Assembly (NCBI GenBank): GCA_039028615.1
Contig: JBCCHT010000028.1
Location: 1-64,000 of the forward strand
DNA: 64,000 nucleotides
Reading direction: 5' to 3'
Source: Myxococcota bacterium
GTDB taxonomy: Bacteria; Myxococcota_A; Polyangia; Nannocystales; Nannocystaceae
The position numbers and the translations under genes were made by a program. The notes below the pieces were generated by a model that was given only the letters and a program-made list of their open reading frames with translations, ran no database searches and had not been told where the DNA came from. Position 1 is the first letter of the stretch, and each line of letters begins with the position of its first letter. Of the stretch, positions 44,474 to 55,625 are shown in pieces.

Positions 44474-47053
44474 TCAAAAGGCAATATTGTCTTCGACGAT
44501 CGGATCGACCTCGTTGCTCCACCGCGGCAGCGTGCCGGTGTAGAGCATGGAGTACGCCGCCGACACTTCGGTGACCCGCTTGGTGTAGCGGTAGCTCTCC
44601 TCGAACGCGATTTCCTCTACGAAGGTGTCGAGCTCGAGGGTCGCCCCCTCGCCCGACTTGGCCCGGAGCCAGCGTCCTACATTGCTCGGGCCGCCGTTGT
44701 AGCTGGCGTAGGCCATGGGGGCTTGCCCGTGGAACTTCTTGAGCAGCTCCGACACGTACACCGCCGACAGGTGGGCGTTGGTGTCGATGTCGAACAACGC
44801 GTCGGAGTTGAAACGGCCGTCGGCGGGCATCTCGTCGATGCGCTGGGCGAGCTGGCGGGCGGTCCACGGCATGATCTGCAGTGCACCTCTCGCCCCCACG
44901 GGCGACACCACGTGTCGGCGAAACCGCGACTCGGTGTACATCAGCGACCACATGTGGATGGGGTCGAGACCCCGCAATCGGGCTTCGCGCTCGACGGGGC
45001 CGCGGTAGGCCCGTGGGTGCCAGCGTGCCTTGTAGGGCCCGTCGGCGGAGGTCGATAGCCGCGCCCACGCGTGCGGCTCGCTGAGATCGTGCGCCAGGGT
45101 TCGCAGGCTTCGTTGCAGCGCCTCGCTCTCCTCGGCGTTGCGCATGGTCTTGCGGCCGGCCGAGGTGGCCCGGGTGCGCGGGTACTCCCACTCCGCCTTC
45201 CACCCCAGGCCCACGAACAGCGCCTCGCTCCGCGGCCCGGGGCTGCGGCCCTTCTTGACGTCGGTGAAGGCTCGTGCGGCGTGCCGCAGCTCGCGGCGCG
45301 CCTCCTCGATGTAGCCGGCTTCGTACAGCTGTCGGGTGCGACGAATGGTGGGCCACGCCTCGCCGAAGCGGAGGTCGGCCGCCTCGAGGTGCCGCTCGGT
45401 GTCTTCGCGACCGGGGCGACGTGCTTCGTCGGCCACCGCGGGCAGCTCGGGCAAGGGCGGCGTCTCGACCCCCGCGTCGAGCAGGCGCTGGCGAGCGATC
45501 AGCCCGTAGTAGGTCCAGGCCCCGCCCGCGGCGAGCTGCTGGAGCAGCGACGTTCCTTCGGTGCGATGCTCTTCGGTCGGGCCTTGTAGCAACAGCTTGC
45601 CCAGGAAGTAGCGAGCCCGGGTAGCGTCGCGGCTGCGCCCGTCGGCGAGCTCGCGGAAGCCGTCGATCGCTTCGCCGTCGCGGCCGAGCCGATAGGCGAT
45701 CCACGGCCGCAGCCAGTCGCGCTCGCTTCGGTGACCCTTGTGATCGCGCTCGTAGGCCTCGAGCCAACGGTCGGCCTGCACGTAGCGACCGGCCCGAACC
45801 GCCAGCTGGAGCCCGTTCCACAGCCCGTTGGCCCGGGTGCTGCTGCGATCGTCGTCGACCCGCTTCTCCCAGATGGCCAGGGCCGGCTCGTACATCTCGC
45901 CGCGCTCGTAGCAGCGCAGCAGCCAGTCGCGGACGTCCCCGTTGATGCCCGAGTCGTACATCGGCCGCAGGTCGTCGACGCAGGTCTGGTAGTCGCGCTG
46001 CTTGTAGGCCGTGTACGAGCGCGAGCGCTGGGCCTGGCGGCGTCGCGAGCTCGACAGGTCGGGGTCGGCGATGAGCTCGTCGAGGATGCGTCGCGAGGTC
46101 TCGACGCGCCGCAGGCCACGGGCATAGACGGCCTGCTCGAGGCGCTCGCCCACGCTGAGGCTGCGCTGCTTGACCTTGGAGTTGGCGCTGGCCAGCGCGC
46201 TCAGCTCGGCCCACGCCACATCGGACTCGGGCTCGCCCGCGCGCTCGATGGTGATGCGCCGCAGGGTGTCGGCCGCCTCGGTGACGCTACCCGCCCGCAC
46301 CTGCGCCCGCGCCAACGCGAGCCGCAGCTCACCGATGCGGGGATGATTGGGATAGTCGAGGACCAGCTTGGTCATGGCCCCGGCGGCCTTCGATGCCGCA
46401 CGGGCGGTCGAGCGCTCGCTGCTGCCCTCGATCTCGGCCATGGCCTCGCCTTGCAGCACGCGCAGCTCGGCTCCGTTGCGCAGGGACTTGATGCGCCGCA
46501 GCTTCGACAGCTCGCGCACCGCTTGCTCGCGCTGCGCGTCGGCCTGCTCGGTGTCGAGGCTCCCCTGGCGGGCCCACTCGACCCGCGCCTGGGCCAGCTC
46601 GTAGCCGACGACATCGGGAGGAAACAGCGCCTCCAGATCGTCGTGCGTGGTCAGTGGCTCCAGCACCGCGACGGCCTCGCCGGGCTGCCCTCGCATTCGC
46701 ATCGCGCGGCCTCGAAGGGCGCTGTGGACGAACCACTCGCGCGAGCCCGCCACCGTGGAGGGCTCGGCATCGAGCAAGCGCAGCGCGGTCTCGGGATCGC
46801 GAGCGATCAGCGCAGTAGCCGCTCCGGGGCGGCCCTGCAGTGGCTCCACGGAAGAGCCTGGAGCAAAGGTCGGCAGACCTTCGTCTCCGGCCGCAGGGCC
46901 CTCGAGCGCGAACGCAGCCGATGCATTTTCCGCAGGGGCTTCGACCGGCGTCGGCTCGGCTTCCGCGGGCAACGCAGGCGTGACCGCTGCGCCCGTCAGC
47001 AGCACCAACCCGAGCCTCATGAGCAACGGTCGGCGCGACTTTACAGGCTTCAT
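44474..47053 (-). CDS. soluble lytic transglycosylase with TPR/helical N-terminus
   Basis: YTESRF (catalytic Glu), GALQIMP, SYNGG, ESYRYTKRV; signal peptide. Confidence 0.9.
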   Translation of the reverse strand: MKPVKSRRPLLMRLGLVLLTGAAVTPALPAEAEPTPVEAPAENASAAFALEGPAAGDEGLPTFAPGSSVEPLQGRPGAATALIARDPETALRLLDAEPSTVAGSREWFVHSALRGRAMRMRGQPGEAVAVLEPLTTHDDLEALFPPDVVGYELAQARVEWARQGSLDTEQADAQREQAVRELSKLRRIKSLRNGAELRVLQGEAMAEIEGSSERSTARAASKAAGAMTKLVLDYPNHPRIGELRLALARAQVRAGSVTEAADTLRRITIERAGEPESDVAWAELSALASANSKVKQRSLSVGERLEQAVYARGLRRVETSRRILDELIADPDLSSSRRRQAQRSRSYTAYKQRDYQTCVDDLRPMYDSGINGDVRDWLLRCYERGEMYEPALAIWEKRVDDDRSSTRANGLWNGLQLAVRAGRYVQADRWLEAYERDHKGHRSERDWLRPWIAYRLGRDGEAIDGFRELADGRSRDATRARYFLGKLLLQGPTEEHRTEGTSLLQQLAAGGAWTYYGLIARQRLLDAGVETPPLPELPAVADEARRPGREDTERHLEAADLRFGEAWPTIRRTRQLYEAGYIEEARRELRHAARAFTDVKKGRSPGPRSEALFVGLGWKAEWEYPRTRATSAGRKTMRNAEESEALQRSLRTLAHDLSEPHAWARLSTSADGPYKARWHPRAYRGPVEREARLRGLDPIHMWSLMYTESRFRRHVVSPVGARGALQIMPWTARQLAQRIDEMPADGRFNSDALFDIDTNAHLSAVYVSELLKKFHGQAPMAYASYNGGPSNVGRWLRAKSGEGATLELDTFVEEIAFEESYRYTKRVTEVSAAYSMLYTGTLPRWSNEVDPIVEDNIAF

Positions 47054-47164
47054 CGATCCCCTACTTCGACGTTAGCACGGGTACGTTGACCACGCCCAAA
47101 ACGGTGCGCCTTGGGTCACATGGTGTGCAACTCGCGCACCTCCCACGGCACAACCTCTACCGCT

Positions 47165-49612
47165 ATGGTCCGGCCCGTGAACCTCCAACGACCTCCCCAT
47201 CAACTCGTCGCGACCGTCATTGGAGCGGGCACGATGGGGGCCCAGATTGCGGCCCACCTCGCCAACGCGGGCGTGCGGACCCACCTGCTCGACATCGTAC
47301 CCAAGGGTGCGGACAAGAGCGCAGGCAAGGGTGCACGCGATGCCATCGCCGCCGGAGCCCTCAAGCAGATGCTCAAGGCCAAGCCGGCTCCCTTCATGGA
47401 CAAGGCCTTCGCAGCCAAGCTCACGGTGGGGAACTTGGACGACGACCTCGAGTCCGCCGTCGCGGCCAGCGACCTGGTGGTGGAGGTGGTCATCGAGCGG
47501 CTGGACATCAAGCAGCCGCTGTTCGAGCGCATCGGCAAGGCCGCGCCCGAGCACGCCGTGCTCGCCACGAACACCTCGGGGCTGCCCATCGGGGACATCG
47601 TGGCCAAGCTGGCGCCGGAGATTCAGCGCCGCGTCGTGGGCATGCACTGGTTCAACCCGCCCCGATACATGCACCTGCTCGAGATCGTGCCGTCCGAGCA
47701 CACCGACCCGGCCATCGCCGCGCAGCTCGGTGAGTTCAGCGACAAGGTGCTGGGCAAGGGCGTGGTCATGTGCCGCGACACCCCCAACTTCATCGGCAAC
47801 CGGATCGGCATCGGCGAGATGATGCTGACCTTCAAGGCGGCCTTCGAGGACGGCTACACCGTCGAAGAGGTCGACCTGCTCAACGGCAAGCTGATGGGGC
47901 GCCCCAAGATGGGCAGCTTCCGCCTCGGCGACCTGGTGGGCATCGACGTGGCCGCGCTGGTCATCGAGAACCTCGCCAAGGCCACCTCTGCCGAGGAAGG
48001 CCACCCGAACTTCGACGAGCTGCACGGGCTGATGAAGGTCCACCCCGCGCTCACCAAGATGTTCGAAAAGGGCCTCAAAGGCGACAAGACCGGCAAGGGC
48101 TTCTACAAGAAGACCCGCGACGAGGCCGGCAAGCGCAAGATCCTCTCGCTCGACCTCACCACGCTCGAGTATCGCGACCGCCAGGAGCCCGACTTCCCCG
48201 AGCTGAAGGCCGCCCAAAAAGAGCGCAAGCTCCCCGCCCGCATCGCCGCCGCGCTGCGAGCCGAGGGCCGCGCGGGCGACTTCCTGCGCAACCTCTACCT
48301 GCCGCTGTTCAACTACGCGGCCAACCGCCTGGGCGAGATCACCGACGACCCCCGCAGCGTCGACGATGCGATGTGCTGGGGCTACGGCTGGACCACCGGT
48401 CCCTTCGCCATGTGGGACGCGGCCGGCTTCGGCTGGGTGATCGAGCAGATGAAGGCAGCCGGCATCAGCCCGGCCAAGAACGCCCTCGCGCTGCTCGAGG
48501 CCAAGGGTGACGACGCCAGCTGGTACGGCACCGACATCGCCGAGCCCACCATGTGGTCGGCCGAGGCGGGCAAGCACGTGCCCGTGCCCTCCACCGAGGG
48601 CATGCTCTTCCTGCCCCAGCGCAAGGCTCAGGTCGGCGTCATCAAGAAGAACGCCAGCGCCAGCCTCCTGGACATCGGCGACGGCATCGCCTGCGTCGAG
48701 TTCCACGCCAAGATGAACGCCATCGACGAGGGCATCGCCACGATGCTCTCCGAGGCGGTCGACTACGCCACGGAGACCGAGAACTTCCGCGGCATCGTGG
48801 TCGGCAACCAGGGCAGCAACTTCTCGGCCGGCGCAAACCTCTTCGTCATCCTCGCGCTCGCGGGGCAGTCGAAGTGGGACGAGCTGGACGAGTTCGTCAA
48901 CGCCTTCCAGCAGACGATGATGAAGCTACGGCACTCGCCGGTCCCGGTGGTCGCGGCCCCCTTCGGGCTGACCCTGGGCGGCGGCGCCGAGGTGACCCTG
49001 GCCTCGTCGGCCGTGTGTGCCGACGCCGAGCTGTACATGGGCCTGGTGGAAGCGGGCGTGGGCCTGGTGCCCGCGGGCGGCGGTCTCAAGGAGATTGCCC
49101 GACGCGCCTCCGAGTGGGCGGCCCAGATTCCCGACGGTGACCCGTACCCCTGGCTGCGACGCGGCTTCGAGGGCGCGGCCCAGGGCAAGGTGGCCACCTC
49201 GGCCCACGAGGCCCGCGGCCTCGGCTACCTGCGCACCACCGACAGCATCGTGTTCAACAAGCGACGCGTCATCGCCGAGGCCAAAAAGCGCGCCATCGGC
49301 CTGGCCGAGGGTGGCTACGCGCCGCCCGACCCCAACGCCCCGATCACCGCCATCGGCGTCAACCAGGGCGCCAACTTCCTCATGGGAGCGGCGCAGTTCG
49401 AGTGGGGCGGCTACGCCAGCGAGCACGACCGACTCATCGGCGAGAAGATCGCCCACGTGCTCACCGGCGGCATGACGGCCGTCCCGGGCACGGCCACCGC
49501 CCAGCAGTTCCTCGACCTCGAGCGCGAGGCCTTCGTCAGCCTGGCCGGCACCCAAAAGACCCGCGATCGCATCGCGCACACCCTCAAGACCGGCAAGCCG
49601 CTCCGCAACTAG
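47165..49612 (+). CDS. 3-hydroxyacyl-CoA dehydrogenase / enoyl-CoA hydratase (FadN-type)
   Basis: GAGTMG, NTSGL, GMHWFNPPRY, DTPNFIGNRIG; C-terminal crotonase FSAGANL, GGGAE, GLVE. Confidence 0.93.
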   Translation: MVRPVNLQRPPHQLVATVIGAGTMGAQIAAHLANAGVRTHLLDIVPKGADKSAGKGARDAIAAGALKQMLKAKPAPFMDKAFAAKLTVGNLDDDLESAVAASDLVVEVVIERLDIKQPLFERIGKAAPEHAVLATNTSGLPIGDIVAKLAPEIQRRVVGMHWFNPPRYMHLLEIVPSEHTDPAIAAQLGEFSDKVLGKGVVMCRDTPNFIGNRIGIGEMMLTFKAAFEDGYTVEEVDLLNGKLMGRPKMGSFRLGDLVGIDVAALVIENLAKATSAEEGHPNFDELHGLMKVHPALTKMFEKGLKGDKTGKGFYKKTRDEAGKRKILSLDLTTLEYRDRQEPDFPELKAAQKERKLPARIAAALRAEGRAGDFLRNLYLPLFNYAANRLGEITDDPRSVDDAMCWGYGWTTGPFAMWDAAGFGWVIEQMKAAGISPAKNALALLEAKGDDASWYGTDIAEPTMWSAEAGKHVPVPSTEGMLFLPQRKAQVGVIKKNASASLLDIGDGIACVEFHAKMNAIDEGIATMLSEAVDYATETENFRGIVVGNQGSNFSAGANLFVILALAGQSKWDELDEFVNAFQQTMMKLRHSPVPVVAAPFGLTLGGGAEVTLASSAVCADAELYMGLVEAGVGLVPAGGGLKEIARRASEWAAQIPDGDPYPWLRRGFEGAAQGKVATSAHEARGLGYLRTTDSIVFNKRRVIAEAKKRAIGLAEGGYAPPDPNAPITAIGVNQGANFLMGAAQFEWGGYASEHDRLIGEKIAHVLTGGMTAVPGTATAQQFLDLEREAFVSLAGTQKTRDRIAHTLKTGKPLRN

Positions 49613-49642
49613 CCGCAGCCCAACGAGAAAAGGAATCAAGCA

Positions 49643-50794
<1,152 letters not shown>

Positions 50795-50820
50795 CCCTCG
50801 ACGACTCCGTCGCTTCTCGA

Positions 50821-50853
50821 ACGGCCGGGCCCGCACCACGCGAGCCCGGCCGT
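50821..50853. terminator. GC hairpin downstream of thiolase
   Basis: ACGGCCGGGC/GCCCGGCCGT 10-bp stem; no clear U-tract. Confidence 0.4.
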
Positions 50854-50867
50854 CGTACGTTCAGCCG

Positions 50868-51125
50868 CTACTCGCAGCTCGAACCATCGTCGAGCGCCGT
50901 CTCCCACATCACACAATCCAGAGGAATCGGCGCCGCACAGGTATTGGAAAGATCGTTCGCCGGAGGCCCCGTCTCGTCACAACAATCGCCGACATCCGTC
51001 CCCCGACACTCCACCTCGTCCGGACGCGGCGCCGCACAAGTCTCATCCACCTCGACCACCACGCTGCGCTCAGCCTCGCCCGCGGTAGCCCAGTTCCCAA
51101 ACAGTGACTTCAATACGCTCTTCAT
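50868..51125 (-). CDS. possible small acidic Cys-rich protein (85 aa)
   Basis: 7 Cys, TCAAP twice; atypical codons, weak SD. Confidence 0.3.
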   Translation of the reverse strand: MKSVLKSLFGNWATAGEAERSVVVEVDETCAAPRPDEVECRGTDVGDCCDETGPPANDLSNTCAAPIPLDCVMWETALDDGSSCE

Positions 51126-51263
51126 TCAAAGCAACTACTGTCCCTATCCACCCCCCATTTCCTCCAGACGATTTCCTTTCCCCAAGCGGACGTGCCACCA
51201 GGCCGCCTCACTCGACCTCAACTCATCCAACCGGACCGCCCCCGCTCAACCGCTCGAGCACAG

Positions 51264-51349
51264 CCCCCGCACCGCCCCGACCCCTCCGAGCAATCTCCAA
51301 TCACGAACCCCCGCACCGCCCGACCCTCCGAGCAATCCCAGATCACGAG
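51264..51349 (+). repeat. two imperfect tandem copies of a ~43-bp C-rich unit
   Basis: CCCCCGCACCGCCC(C)GACCC(C)TCCGAGCAATC...ATCACGA at 51264-51307 and 51308-51349. Confidence 0.8.
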
Positions 51350-51634
51350 CCCCCCTCATATTCACCAACCCACCCCCCCATCGACCGCCCCCGATGTCCG
51401 TGACCGGCACGATCGATTCCGCCCCTCGAACTGCAGATCCCGCCGATGACCCAAACGACCCCTTCCCGACCCGAGATCCACCGACCCGTCTAGTTTTGGT
51501 GCACAGTCCGAATTCAGGACAACGTTATTCACGTGAGATTGGCCCATTAAACTCAGTTCGCTCTATTCAAACGTGCCTTGAGATACCGAGTTTTCATAGA
51601 GTGATCCTCTAGACTGGGGCCTACGAACCCCACT

Positions 51635-52801
51635 ATGGAACGTCGATCTGCCGTGCGAACCCGACCGTATTCCGGGGCCCCCTCCCCGGGGGTTCCGCAG
51701 CGGATCGAGGACGACTATCGGCCAGTTCGCTTCCCCAACAATGGCCCCCTCAAGCCCGGCGACCGCGTCGGCCGATACATCGTCCGCACCAAGCTCGGCC
51801 GCGGCGGCATGGGAGTCGTCTACGGAGCCTACGATCCGGTCCTGGGTCGCCGCGTCGCCCTGAAGCTCGTCCGCCACCGCGACACCCCCGAGAGCCTCGA
51901 CGCCAAGGTCGACGAACGCCTGCGCCGCGAGGCCCAGGCCCTCGCCCGGCTCTCGCACCCCAACGTCGTCTCGCTGTACGACGTCGGAGCCTGCGAGCAC
52001 GGGGACTACCTGGCGCTCGAGCTGGTCCCGGGGATCGACCTGGACCGCTGGCTCCGCAAGCAGACCCGCCCCTGGCAGAAGCAGCTCGAGATCTTCCTCG
52101 ACGCGGGCCGAGGGCTGGCCGCCGCCCATGCGGCTGGCCTCATCCATCGCGACTTCAAGCCCACCAACGTGATCGTGGGACCGCAGGGCCACGTGACGGT
52201 GGTGGACTTCGGCCTGGCCCGCTCGGCCGAGCTCGACACCACCGTGGCCAACAAAGCCATGGATCGCGAGCCCGATGCCCCGCAGGGCGTGCTGCTGTCG
52301 CGACGGCTGACGGGCACCCACGTCATCGTGGGCACGCGCGGCTACATGGCACCAGAGCAGCTCCTCGGCTTGGCCGTGGGCCCTCGTGCCGACCAGTTTT
52401 CGTTCTGCGTGTCGCTGTACGAGGCGCTGTACGGGGTCCGGCCCTACCCGGGGAAGAACGCGGTGGAGACGGCCACGTCGTTCGCCCGCGGCACGCTGGT
52501 CGAGCCCGAAGAGCGCAACGGCGTCCCCGCTCGCCTGCACGAGACGATCATGACCGGGCTGAGCATCGAGCCCGGCGATCGCTTCCCCACCATGGACGCC
52601 CTGATGTCGGAGCTGCGCCGCGCCCTGCCGATCTCGCGCGCACGGTGGCTGCTGGCCGCGGCGCTGGCCGGCACCGCGATGGTCTCGGCCACGCTCGGCG
52701 CCACCGCCCACGCCAGCTTCGCCGAGCCCGAGGCCCGCCCCGCCGCGACCTCCTGCGACTCGACCACGGCCAACGGCACGCCCGAGCAACTCACCGACTG
52801 A
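51635..52801 (+). CDS. Ser/Thr protein kinase with TM helix and very short external tail
   Basis: LGRGGMGVV, VALK, HRDFKPTN, DFG, GTRGYMAPE. Confidence 0.93.
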   Translation: MERRSAVRTRPYSGAPSPGVPQRIEDDYRPVRFPNNGPLKPGDRVGRYIVRTKLGRGGMGVVYGAYDPVLGRRVALKLVRHRDTPESLDAKVDERLRREAQALARLSHPNVVSLYDVGACEHGDYLALELVPGIDLDRWLRKQTRPWQKQLEIFLDAGRGLAAAHAAGLIHRDFKPTNVIVGPQGHVTVVDFGLARSAELDTTVANKAMDREPDAPQGVLLSRRLTGTHVIVGTRGYMAPEQLLGLAVGPRADQFSFCVSLYEALYGVRPYPGKNAVETATSFARGTLVEPEERNGVPARLHETIMTGLSIEPGDRFPTMDALMSELRRALPISRARWLLAAALAGTAMVSATLGATAHASFAEPEARPAATSCDSTTANGTPEQLTD

Positions 52802-52831
52802 GCGCCACCCTGTCGCGGCCGAGGCTCGGTT

Positions 52832-53293
52832 ATGCTGCCGCGGATGCCTTCGCGACGGTTCGGAAATACCCTCGGTCTCTGCCTGGTCGTGGGCGCGTGC
52901 TCGTCGAATCCGCCGGCGCCCGCCGAGACGCCCCCCTCGGGCAAACCCGCCGCGCCGGCCGATGCGGCCCAACCGGCCCCCCCGACCAAAACGGGCCTCC
53001 CGGATCGAGATCCCGCGCTGGCCCATCGCCTCGTCGAGCAAGAGGGCGCGTTGCTGCTCGACGTACGCAGCCCCGACGAGTTCGCCGCGGGGCACATCGA
53101 GGGCGCCCGCAACATCCCCCACGACCAGCTGCGATCGCGGCTGGATGAAGTCCGAACGCTCGTGGAGGGCAACCTGAAGGCCCCCATCGTGGTGTACTGC
53201 CGCTCCGGTCGGCGGTCCGGGATCGCCAAGGAAACCCTGCTGTCCGCCGACTTCGAGCAGGTCACCAACCTCGGCGGCATGAACGACTGGTAG
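52832..53293 (+). CDS. rhodanese-like lipoprotein
   Basis: Lipobox VGAC; LDVRSPDEF..GHIEGA, VYCRSGRRS, LGGMNDW. Confidence 0.9.
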   Translation: MLPRMPSRRFGNTLGLCLVVGACSSNPPAPAETPPSGKPAAPADAAQPAPPTKTGLPDRDPALAHRLVEQEGALLLDVRSPDEFAAGHIEGARNIPHDQLRSRLDEVRTLVEGNLKAPIVVYCRSGRRSGIAKETLLSADFEQVTNLGGMNDW

Positions 53294-53355
53294 CCCTCCC
53301 ACGGGCCGCCCCTCCCGTGGCATCATTGCCGCCGTCCCCGCCCGCTCCCTTCGGT

Positions 53356-54069
53356 ATGGACCCTTACGGCCAACAACAAGCGCAGCAGATCTTCTGCCCC
53401 CAATGTGGTGCGCCCGCGCCCTTCCGCGGCGCCGCCGTCTCGCTCGTCTGCGAGTTCTGCGACAGCACCATCGTGCGCACCGGGGTCGACATCCGCCTCG
53501 TGGGCAAGGTGTCGGCGCTGGTCGACAACGGCTCGCCCATCATCCTCGGCAGCCGCGGGCGCTTCCACGGCACGCCCTTCGAGGTCGCGGGGCGGCTCCA
53601 GGTCGGCTACGGCCGCGGCACCTGGAACGAGTGGTTCGTGAACTTCGCCGACGGCACCATCGGCTGGCTGGTCGACGCCCAGGGCAAGTTCAGCATCGTG
53701 CGCCCCAAGGACCAGAGCGTCGTCGCGGGCAAGGTGCCGCCCTATACCGCGCTCGACGTGAACATGGTGCTCAACATCGACGGCATCGAGGCCGTGGTGG
53801 TCGACCGCCGCGGGGCCCACTACAAGGGCGCCGAGGGCATCCTGCCCTTTGAGGCCGAGCCCGGCATGATCTTCTACGGCGTCGACCTGCGCGGCTGGAA
53901 CGGCGAGTTCATGTCGCTCGACTACGGCCACGACACCAGCCACGCCAGCCCGGTCCCGTACATGGGCGAGGCCATTCAGCTCTCCGAAGTCGGTCTCCAC
54001 CCCCTGCGCCAGTTCGAAGGCTGGCGCTTCACCGGTTGGCAAGGTCAGCCCGGCCAAGGCCCCGCCTGA
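53356..54069 (+). CDS. DUF4178-domain protein with N-terminal Zn-ribbon
   Basis: CPQCGA..CEFC; G..G..FEVAGRLQ..WNEW..GWL; alternative GTG start 53317. Confidence 0.75.
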   Translation: MDPYGQQQAQQIFCPQCGAPAPFRGAAVSLVCEFCDSTIVRTGVDIRLVGKVSALVDNGSPIILGSRGRFHGTPFEVAGRLQVGYGRGTWNEWFVNFADGTIGWLVDAQGKFSIVRPKDQSVVAGKVPPYTALDVNMVLNIDGIEAVVVDRRGAHYKGAEGILPFEAEPGMIFYGVDLRGWNGEFMSLDYGHDTSHASPVPYMGEAIQLSEVGLHPLRQFEGWRFTGWQGQPGQGPA

Positions 54070-54070
54070 C

Positions 54071-55396
54071 ATGCAACAAGCTCCGACCAAGCTCTTTCGC
54101 GAGCCGGCCCGCACCGAGCCGGTGCAGTGCCCCGCCTGCGGTGGACCCATCACCCTCAAGGGCTTCGGGGCCGTAGAGCAGGTCTCTTGCCCCTATTGCG
54201 GCTCGGAGCTGTCGCCCCAAGACAGCGGGCCGCTGCAGATCCTCCAGCAGTACCAGCGACAGCGCCAGACGTCGGTCCTGCCCCTTTACGCCCGCGGCAC
54301 CCTCGACGGCCACGAGTGGGAGATCATCGGCATCGTCTGGCGGCAGTGCGAGGCCGACGGCATCGTCTACCCCTGGCAGGAGTTCCTGCTCTACAACCCG
54401 TACCAGGGCTATCGCTGGCTCGTGCACCAGATGACCGACGGGTACTGGAGCATCGGCGGGGGCCTCGACGGCGCGCCCAAGTCCAAGCTCTCGGGTCACA
54501 AGTGCGTCGAGTTCAAGAAGAAGACGTACAAGCACTTCCAGACCTCGGTCGCCCAGGTCATCTACGTCGAGGGTGAGTTCCCCTGGCAGGTGCGTCACGG
54601 CGACCACGCCGTCGCGCACGACTACATCCTGCCGCCCGAGGGCATCTCCATCGAGGAGCAGAACACCGAGGACGGTGGCTCCGACGTCAACTTCACCAGC
54701 GCGCGGCACATCGAGGCCTCCGAGGTGTGGAAGGCGTTCAACATGGACGGCTCGCCCCCGCCCCAGGTCGGCGTGGGCAACCTCAAGCCCAACCCGTGGG
54801 TCGCCAACCGCAAGCTGGTGTGGCTGTCCTTTTTGGTGCTGATGGCGCTGTACGTCCTGTCCGCGTTCCTCTACATCAACGGGCGCGACACCAAGGTGGT
54901 GTTCGAGAACCGCGAGCTGGGCCTGCAGCCCTTCTCCCAAGAGATCACCATCGGCGAGAAGGGCAAGAAGACCACGGTCGACCTGCGCTTCTCCGCGCGG
55001 CCGCTGTCCAACCAGTGGGCCTACGTCGACGTCATGTTGATCTCGCAGGCCTCCGAGAAGGCCATCGGCATCGGGGCGACGGCCGAAGACTGGCACGGGG
55101 TGTCGGGCGGCGAGTCCTGGCGCGAGGGCAGCTCCACGCAGACCATCACCGTGGGCGGCGTGGAGGGAGGCACCTACCTCCTGCAGATCGTGCCTCAGGC
55201 CGGCGCCGCCAAGGGCAAGCCCGCCCCCACCGACCTCAAGCTCTCGGTCCGCCTACGCCAAGACGTAGTGCTGGTGCGGTACCTGGTGGTACCGCTCATC
55301 ATCATCTTCCTGTTCCCCTTCCTCAACTTCCTGTTCGGTCGCATCTTCGAGGGGCGGCGCTGGGTCAACAGCGACTACGCCCCCTCTTCGGGCTGA
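54071..55396 (+). CDS. DUF4178-domain membrane protein with Zn-ribbon
   Basis: CPACGG..CPYCGS; WQEFLLYNP..GYRWL, VEGEFPW; two TM helices; C-terminal FEGRRW..SD. Confidence 0.8.
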   Translation: MQQAPTKLFREPARTEPVQCPACGGPITLKGFGAVEQVSCPYCGSELSPQDSGPLQILQQYQRQRQTSVLPLYARGTLDGHEWEIIGIVWRQCEADGIVYPWQEFLLYNPYQGYRWLVHQMTDGYWSIGGGLDGAPKSKLSGHKCVEFKKKTYKHFQTSVAQVIYVEGEFPWQVRHGDHAVAHDYILPPEGISIEEQNTEDGGSDVNFTSARHIEASEVWKAFNMDGSPPPQVGVGNLKPNPWVANRKLVWLSFLVLMALYVLSAFLYINGRDTKVVFENRELGLQPFSQEITIGEKGKKTTVDLRFSARPLSNQWAYVDVMLISQASEKAIGIGATAEDWHGVSGGESWREGSSTQTITVGGVEGGTYLLQIVPQAGAAKGKPAPTDLKLSVRLRQDVVLVRYLVVPLIIIFLFPFLNFLFGRIFEGRRWVNSDYAPSSG

Positions 55397-55418
55397 CCCA
55401 CCTTCAGAGGCATCAACC

Positions 55419-55625
55419 ATGTTCAAGATCGCATACTGGGTGCTCGGAGCCAGCTCGATGGGGCTGCTGATGTTCGATGCGCCCTCCGGATCCCTACTCA
55501 CCAGCGAACCCGAACGAGGCAAGGTCACCATGAGCAAGCCCGACAAGAATGGTGAGTCCAAACGCACCGTCCGCGGAGGCCCGACCTTCATCTGGCTCGG
55601 CGGCGGATACCACGGAGGCAAGTGA
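55419..55625 (+). CDS. small membrane-anchored protein ending GGGYHGGK
   Basis: SD GAGG; hydrophobic N-terminus; stop overlaps next ATG (TGATG). Confidence 0.7.
   Translation: MFKIAYWVLGASSMGLLMFDAPSGSLLTSEPERGKVTMSKPDKNGESKRTVRGGPTFIWLGGGYHGGK

Noticed and set aside
47072..47095. CIRCE half-site TTAGCAC
   Set aside because: No matching second arm, and not near a chaperone gene
51264..51349. CRISPR array
   Set aside because: Only two adjacent imperfect copies, no spacers and no cas genes
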